From: an uncultured bacterium
GTDB lineage: Bacteria; Auribacterota; Erginobacteria; Erginobacterales; Erginobacteraceae
Reading direction: 5' to 3'
Length of the DNA: 29,620 bases
Assembly: GCA_963822585.1 (NCBI GenBank)
Contig: CAWGIE010000046.1
Span: forward strand, 1 to 29,620
Shown here: positions 25,881-29,620 of the stretch, one piece after another
Layout: the number at the start of each line of letters is the position of its first letter
Numbering within the stretch: the stretch's first letter is position 1
The notes under the pieces: model-generated
The model's database searches: none
What the model was told of the DNA's origin: nothing
The model's input: the letters and a program-made list of their open reading frames with translations, nothing else
Translations under genes and position numbers: made by a program

Positions 25881-26038
25881 GGTAGTCGCTGGCTTTAGCC
25901 TGCGTTAACCTGGCGCACCCTAAAGGGTGCGACTACCTAAAGTTAGCGCGGAGCGCTAAGTTCCTGTTTCGGAATTTCAATAAATCGGGCCGACACAGCG
26001 GTCGGCCCCTACGTAGGGGAGGGCCGCCGTGCCCTCCC
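25881..26038. repeat. REP/REPIN-like cluster of GTAG hairpins
   Basis: GGTAGTCGCTGGCTTTAGCCTGCG; GCGCACCCTAAAGGGTGCGACTACC; GGGCCGAC..GTCGGCCCCTAC-GTAGGGGAGGGC..GCCCTCCC. Confidence 0.75.
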
Positions 26039-26065
26039 TCAGTTGCGAAGCTAAGTTCTTTACCC

Positions 26066-29000
26066 ATGGAACCGGACCTGATCATCTACCCCACCTCCCG
26101 GGCGTTGCGGCAGGAGCAGCGGCGGGTGCTGGAGAGAAAACCCTTCTTCGACGGGCGGCGGCGGATGTCGGTCTCCGCTTTTCTCGGCGCGTGCGAGGAA
26201 GCGGCGCGCCTGGCCGGGTTGCTCCATGATTCCGCCGGCCGTCCCCTGGCCCGGATCGACGATCTGAGAGGCGGGATCGCGGTGGTCGAGGCGGCGGAGC
26301 GGTTCGTCGCCTCTCCCCCGGTCCCCATCCCCGTCCTGGGCAGGCTCTCCCGGCGGGGGGTGGAGGAGACGCTGGAGCAGCTGATCGAGTACGTTTCCCC
26401 CCTGGCCGACCGGGCCGGTGATTTCCTGCGGATCCTGGCCGACGAACGGGGCTCTTCCAAGAACCGGGAGCTGGCCGCTCTCTACGGAACATACCGGGAG
26501 GTATGCGAGGAACTCGGCGTGGCCGACCTGGCCCGGGTGAACGAAGCGACTCTCCGCCTGCTGGATTCCGGGAGGGAAGCCTGGCCGGTCTTCCTGAAAA
26601 CCTCCCGCTCGATGGTCCTGACCGGGGTCCGCTGGGTGGGCCCCTTCGTGGAACGGGTGGTGCGGTCCCTTCAGCAGGGCCCGGAGCCGCTCCCGGTGAC
26701 GATCAGCCACATCCTCGAGGAACACGAACAGGACTGGTGGGGAAGAGACCTGATGGCCGGGACGGGCCGGCTGATCTTTGGGGAGGAGGAGAGGTACGAA
26801 TCCGAGCGGGACGGCCACTTCGAGCAATCGACCCGGGAGGCCCTTGACCGCCTCCGGGAGGGGTACGCCATGCTCGACCCCGCCCTGGCCGGGAACGCCC
26901 GTCTCCATCTCGCCTTCTCCCGGTCGGTCGGGAGATACGGCGAGGTGGAAGACCTGGCCCGGCGAATCGTCTGGGAGACCCGGCTCCGGCCGGATCCGGT
27001 TCGCCCGGAGGAGATCTGCGTCGTGGCTCGCGATATCGGGCGTTACGCCGACCCGATCCGTTCCGTCTTCCCCCGTTTCGGCATCCCGTTTTATTTTCGC
27101 CGGGGGCTACCGGTTCTCTCCGCCCCGGTCGTCAAGGTGATCCTCCGCTTCCTCGAACTCTCGGCGACCGGTTCCCGGGAGGCGTTCTGCTCCCTCCTGG
27201 AGAGCCCCTGGCCGGAGTGGGGAAAGATACTCGGGGATCCCGAGGTTGCCCCGGGGTTGGCGGATGACATCCGCCGCTCCGGTGTGGAGCCGGAGATCGG
27301 CTCGGAGGACGACCTGAAGAGCCGGCTTCGGGCCTATTATGAACTCCGGCCGCCGGCGCGGGGAGACGCCGCTTCCCTGATCGAGGCGGCGGCGACCGCC
27401 TGGCGGAAAGCCGGGGGGCCGTCATCCCCGGGGAGAGTCCGGGAAGGGATCGCGGATATCCTGCGGCGGCTGGACGAGGAATTCCATCTTTCTTCCCGGC
27501 AGCGACGGCTGGCCGATGAGAGCGCCGGCTCCGCCGATGAGCGGTGGGGATATCTTTTCAACGCCCGGGCCTACGCGGCGACCCGGCGCATCCTGGATAT
27601 GCTCCGGGAGTATTTCCTGGTCAACCGCGCGGCCGCCTGGCGCGATCTGCGCGATCTGGTGATCCGGGCCCTGGAAGGGCTCAGCGTCTTCCCTCTGCCG
27701 CCCGATGAGTCCGGCGTCTGGGTTCTCAGCCCGCACGACATCGGCGGGCTGCGGTTCAAGGTGGTGATCGTCGCCGACCTCACCTCCGGTTCCTTCCCGC
27801 GGCTTCCCCTGGAGAGCCCGATCTTCTCCGATCGGGAACTGGAGTCCATCCGGGAGCTGATGGGCGGAGCCCTGCCGGCAACCGCCCTGGCCACCTCCCG
27901 GGTCCGGGCCAGCCAGGAGAACCTGCTCTTCCTCACCACCCTGGCCGCGGCTACCGAGAGGATCGTGGTCTCCGCCGCCACCCGGGACGAGCAGGGGAGG
28001 GAGATCACCCCCTCGGTCTTCTTCAGTACTCTCTGGCGGCTGGCCGGCTGGCCTTCCTTCGGCCGCGACCTGCCCGAGCTCCCCCCCGACCCTTACGACC
28101 GGTACCGTCTCTCCCACGGTGTCGATTATATCCGCGATCACTGGGAGCGCCAGGGGAGCGGTCGGCTCCATCCCGGAGAAAGAACGCCGCTGCCCGGGGA
28201 GTCGTTTGCCGGAACGGTCCCCCTCCCGCTGAGCGTGACCGACGCCGAACGCCGCCGGGCGATCGCCCGCGACCCGGCGGCGGTCACCGGCGCGGAGGAA
28301 GGCGAGCCGGCCCCCGCCGCCGCCAACGTCGCTCACGGTTTGGGCGTGGAATCGCTGCGCGCCTCGTTCTTCCGGCGGCAGGCCGGGAAGGACGAACCCG
28401 GTACGGTTGTCCGCTATCTTCCCTCCGAGGCCCGGTACAACGGCGCCCTGGGGAAAGAATTGATGCCCGCCGCCGCGGAGACGGCCTCCGCCCGGGAGTT
28501 CACCACCACCGAACTGGAGAAACTGGTCCGCTGCCCCTACGCTTTCTCCCTGGAGCGGGTCATGAGGTTCCGGGAGCTGGAGACCAATGAACTGGAACCG
28601 AGCGCCCGCGACCACGGGGCCGCGGTGCACATGATCCTCGAACTTGGGTTCCGGCTCCTCCGGGGAGAGCCCGGGCCGGAGTTGCCGGACCCGCTCAAAG
28701 CGATCGGGGAGAAGCACCGGGCGCTGCGGCGCCCGGCCTGGGCGGTGCGGGCCGGCGAGGGATGGACGCTGGCGCGGACATCCGAACCGCCGGATGCATC
28801 CCGGGGAGCGATCCCGCTGGTCTGTATTGACGGCGGGACACCGGAGGACCGGGAGGGGTACCTCTCGTTCTTTACCGAGGTGGCCGACGCGGTTCTGGAC
28901 AGGGCCGGCTCGTACAACTGGATGCTGGGGATCAAAGAACAGCTCTCCGTCGAGCGGCGGCGGATCATCCACGCGGTCCGGCGGATCGTCTCCCTGAATT

Positions 29001-29620
29001 TTGCGCCTCCGGAATATAAGAACACCGGGATCTTCTCCGGCGGAGGGGAAATGACCCGGGCCACCGCGCTGATGGAGTTTGTCTTCGGCATGAAAGAGGA
29101 GACGGCGGCGCCCCCGGTCTTGCTGGCTGCTCTGGACGCTCCGGGCCGCGAGATCGCCGTCCGGGGAAAAGTCGACCGGGTGGACATGATCTTCCGTGAC
29201 GGCCGGCTGGCGGCGCTCGCGGTTATCGACTACAAGGGCTCTTCCAAGGCCGGTCTGACCTCCACCGCCCTGGCGGCGGAGATAACCACCGGGCTGGACT
29301 GCCAGCTTCCCATCTACGGCCTGGCCGCCCGGGATTATTTCGGGGTTTCGGTCCCGGTCATCATGCAGTATCTCGCGTATTCGCAATCGAAAGTCGATCT
29401 GGAGCGCGGAGCGGTCAATCACTGGATCGGCCTGGAAAAGGAGCCGCTGACGCCCGCTCAGTGGGAGGAGCTGTGCGACGACCCGGAAGCGGGGCTGATC
29501 GATCCGCTGCGAAGAACGATCTTCCGGGCTCTCGACCGGCTGGAATCCGGCGAGTTCCTGATCGACCCGGCCGCCTGTAGCGACTATTGCGCTTTCAAGA
29601 ATATCTGCCGTTATCTTCCG
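26066..29620 (+). CDS. AddB/RexB-like protein with a C-terminal PD-(D/E)XK nuclease and Fe-S staple; 3'-truncated by the window end
   Basis: Same frame from ATG 26066 to the end at all points checked; TTELEKLVRCPY, RGKVDRVD, VIDYKG, QLPIY, C..YCAFKNICR. Confidence 0.8.
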   Translation, partial: MEPDLIIYPTSRALRQEQRRVLERKPFFDGRRRMSVSAFLGACEEAARLAGLLHDSAGRPLARIDDLRGGIAVVEAAERFVASPPVPIPVLGRLSRRGVEETLEQLIEYVSPLADRAGDFLRILADERGSSKNRELAALYGTYREVCEELGVADLARVNEATLRLLDSGREAWPVFLKTSRSMVLTGVRWVGPFVERVVRSLQQGPEPLPVTISHILEEHEQDWWGRDLMAGTGRLIFGEEERYESERDGHFEQSTREALDRLREGYAMLDPALAGNARLHLAFSRSVGRYGEVEDLARRIVWETRLRPDPVRPEEICVVARDIGRYADPIRSVFPRFGIPFYFRRGLPVLSAPVVKVILRFLELSATGSREAFCSLLESPWPEWGKILGDPEVAPGLADDIRRSGVEPEIGSEDDLKSRLRAYYELRPPARGDAASLIEAAATAWRKAGGPSSPGRVREGIADILRRLDEEFHLSSRQRRLADESAGSADERWGYLFNARAYAATRRILDMLREYFLVNRAAAWRDLRDLVIRALEGLSVFPLPPDESGVWVLSPHDIGGLRFKVVIVADLTSGSFPRLPLESPIFSDRELESIRELMGGALPATALATSRVRASQENLLFLTTLAAATERIVVSAATRDEQGREITPSVFFSTLWRLAGWPSFGRDLPELPPDPYDRYRLSHGVDYIRDHWERQGSGRLHPGERTPLPGESFAGTVPLPLSVTDAERRRAIARDPAAVTGAEEGEPAPAAANVAHGLGVESLRASFFRRQAGKDEPGTVVRYLPSEARYNGALGKELMPAAAETASAREFTTTELEKLVRCPYAFSLERVMRFRELETNELEPSARDHGAAVHMILELGFRLLRGEPGPELPDPLKAIGEKHRALRRPAWAVRAGEGWTLARTSEPPDASRGAIPLVCIDGGTPEDREGYLSFFTEVADAVLDRAGSYNWMLGIKEQLSVERRRIIHAVRRIVSLNFAPPEYKNTGIFSGGGEMTRATALMEFVFGMKEETAAPPVLLAALDAPGREIAVRGKVDRVDMIFRDGRLAALAVIDYKGSSKAGLTSTALAAEITTGLDCQLPIYGLAARDYFGVSVPVIMQYLAYSQSKVDLERGAVNHWIGLEKEPLTPAQWEELCDDPEAGLIDPLRRTIFRALDRLESGEFLIDPAACSDYCAFKNICRYLP

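Noticed and set aside
27422..29422. 666-aa minus-strand ORF (also 26060-26908)
   Set aside because: Antisense shadow of the AddB-like gene; no recognisable motifs
1..29620. tRNA, rRNA, integrase, transposase or cas genes
   Set aside because: None recognisable in this window

Overview
GC-rich bacterial chromosome segment with about 22 intact or probable genes and an unusually repeat-rich intergenic fraction. Left part (1-10.8 kb): sugar-binding lipoprotein, chagasin-type inhibitor, DjlA, an RHH-fused acetolactate decarboxylase, cytosine permease, cysK, thioredoxin-like and AhpD-like genes. These are separated by MITEs, GTAG-type REP hairpins, 7/8/9-nt-periodic palindromes and CRISPR-like arrays built on a constant 20-mer (AAAAGGGGCCGAGGTAGRGG). 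Middle (10.9-20.8 kb): an island of four different nucleotidyltransferase (AbiE-like) two-gene modules plus an XRE regulator, each bounded by recurring short sites, with no transposase or integrase in the window. Right part: O-methyltransferase, YchF-like ATPase, a frameshifted PQQ sugar dehydrogenase-like gene, a hypothetical protein and an AddB-like nuclease running off the end. The most striking signals are (i) modular repeat/spacer arrays that reuse a small set of spacers, (ii) three synonymously recoded copies of the last 12 codons of cysK, and (iii) the cassette-like NTase toxin-antitoxin island. All family assignments come from motif recognition by eye; no database searches were run.
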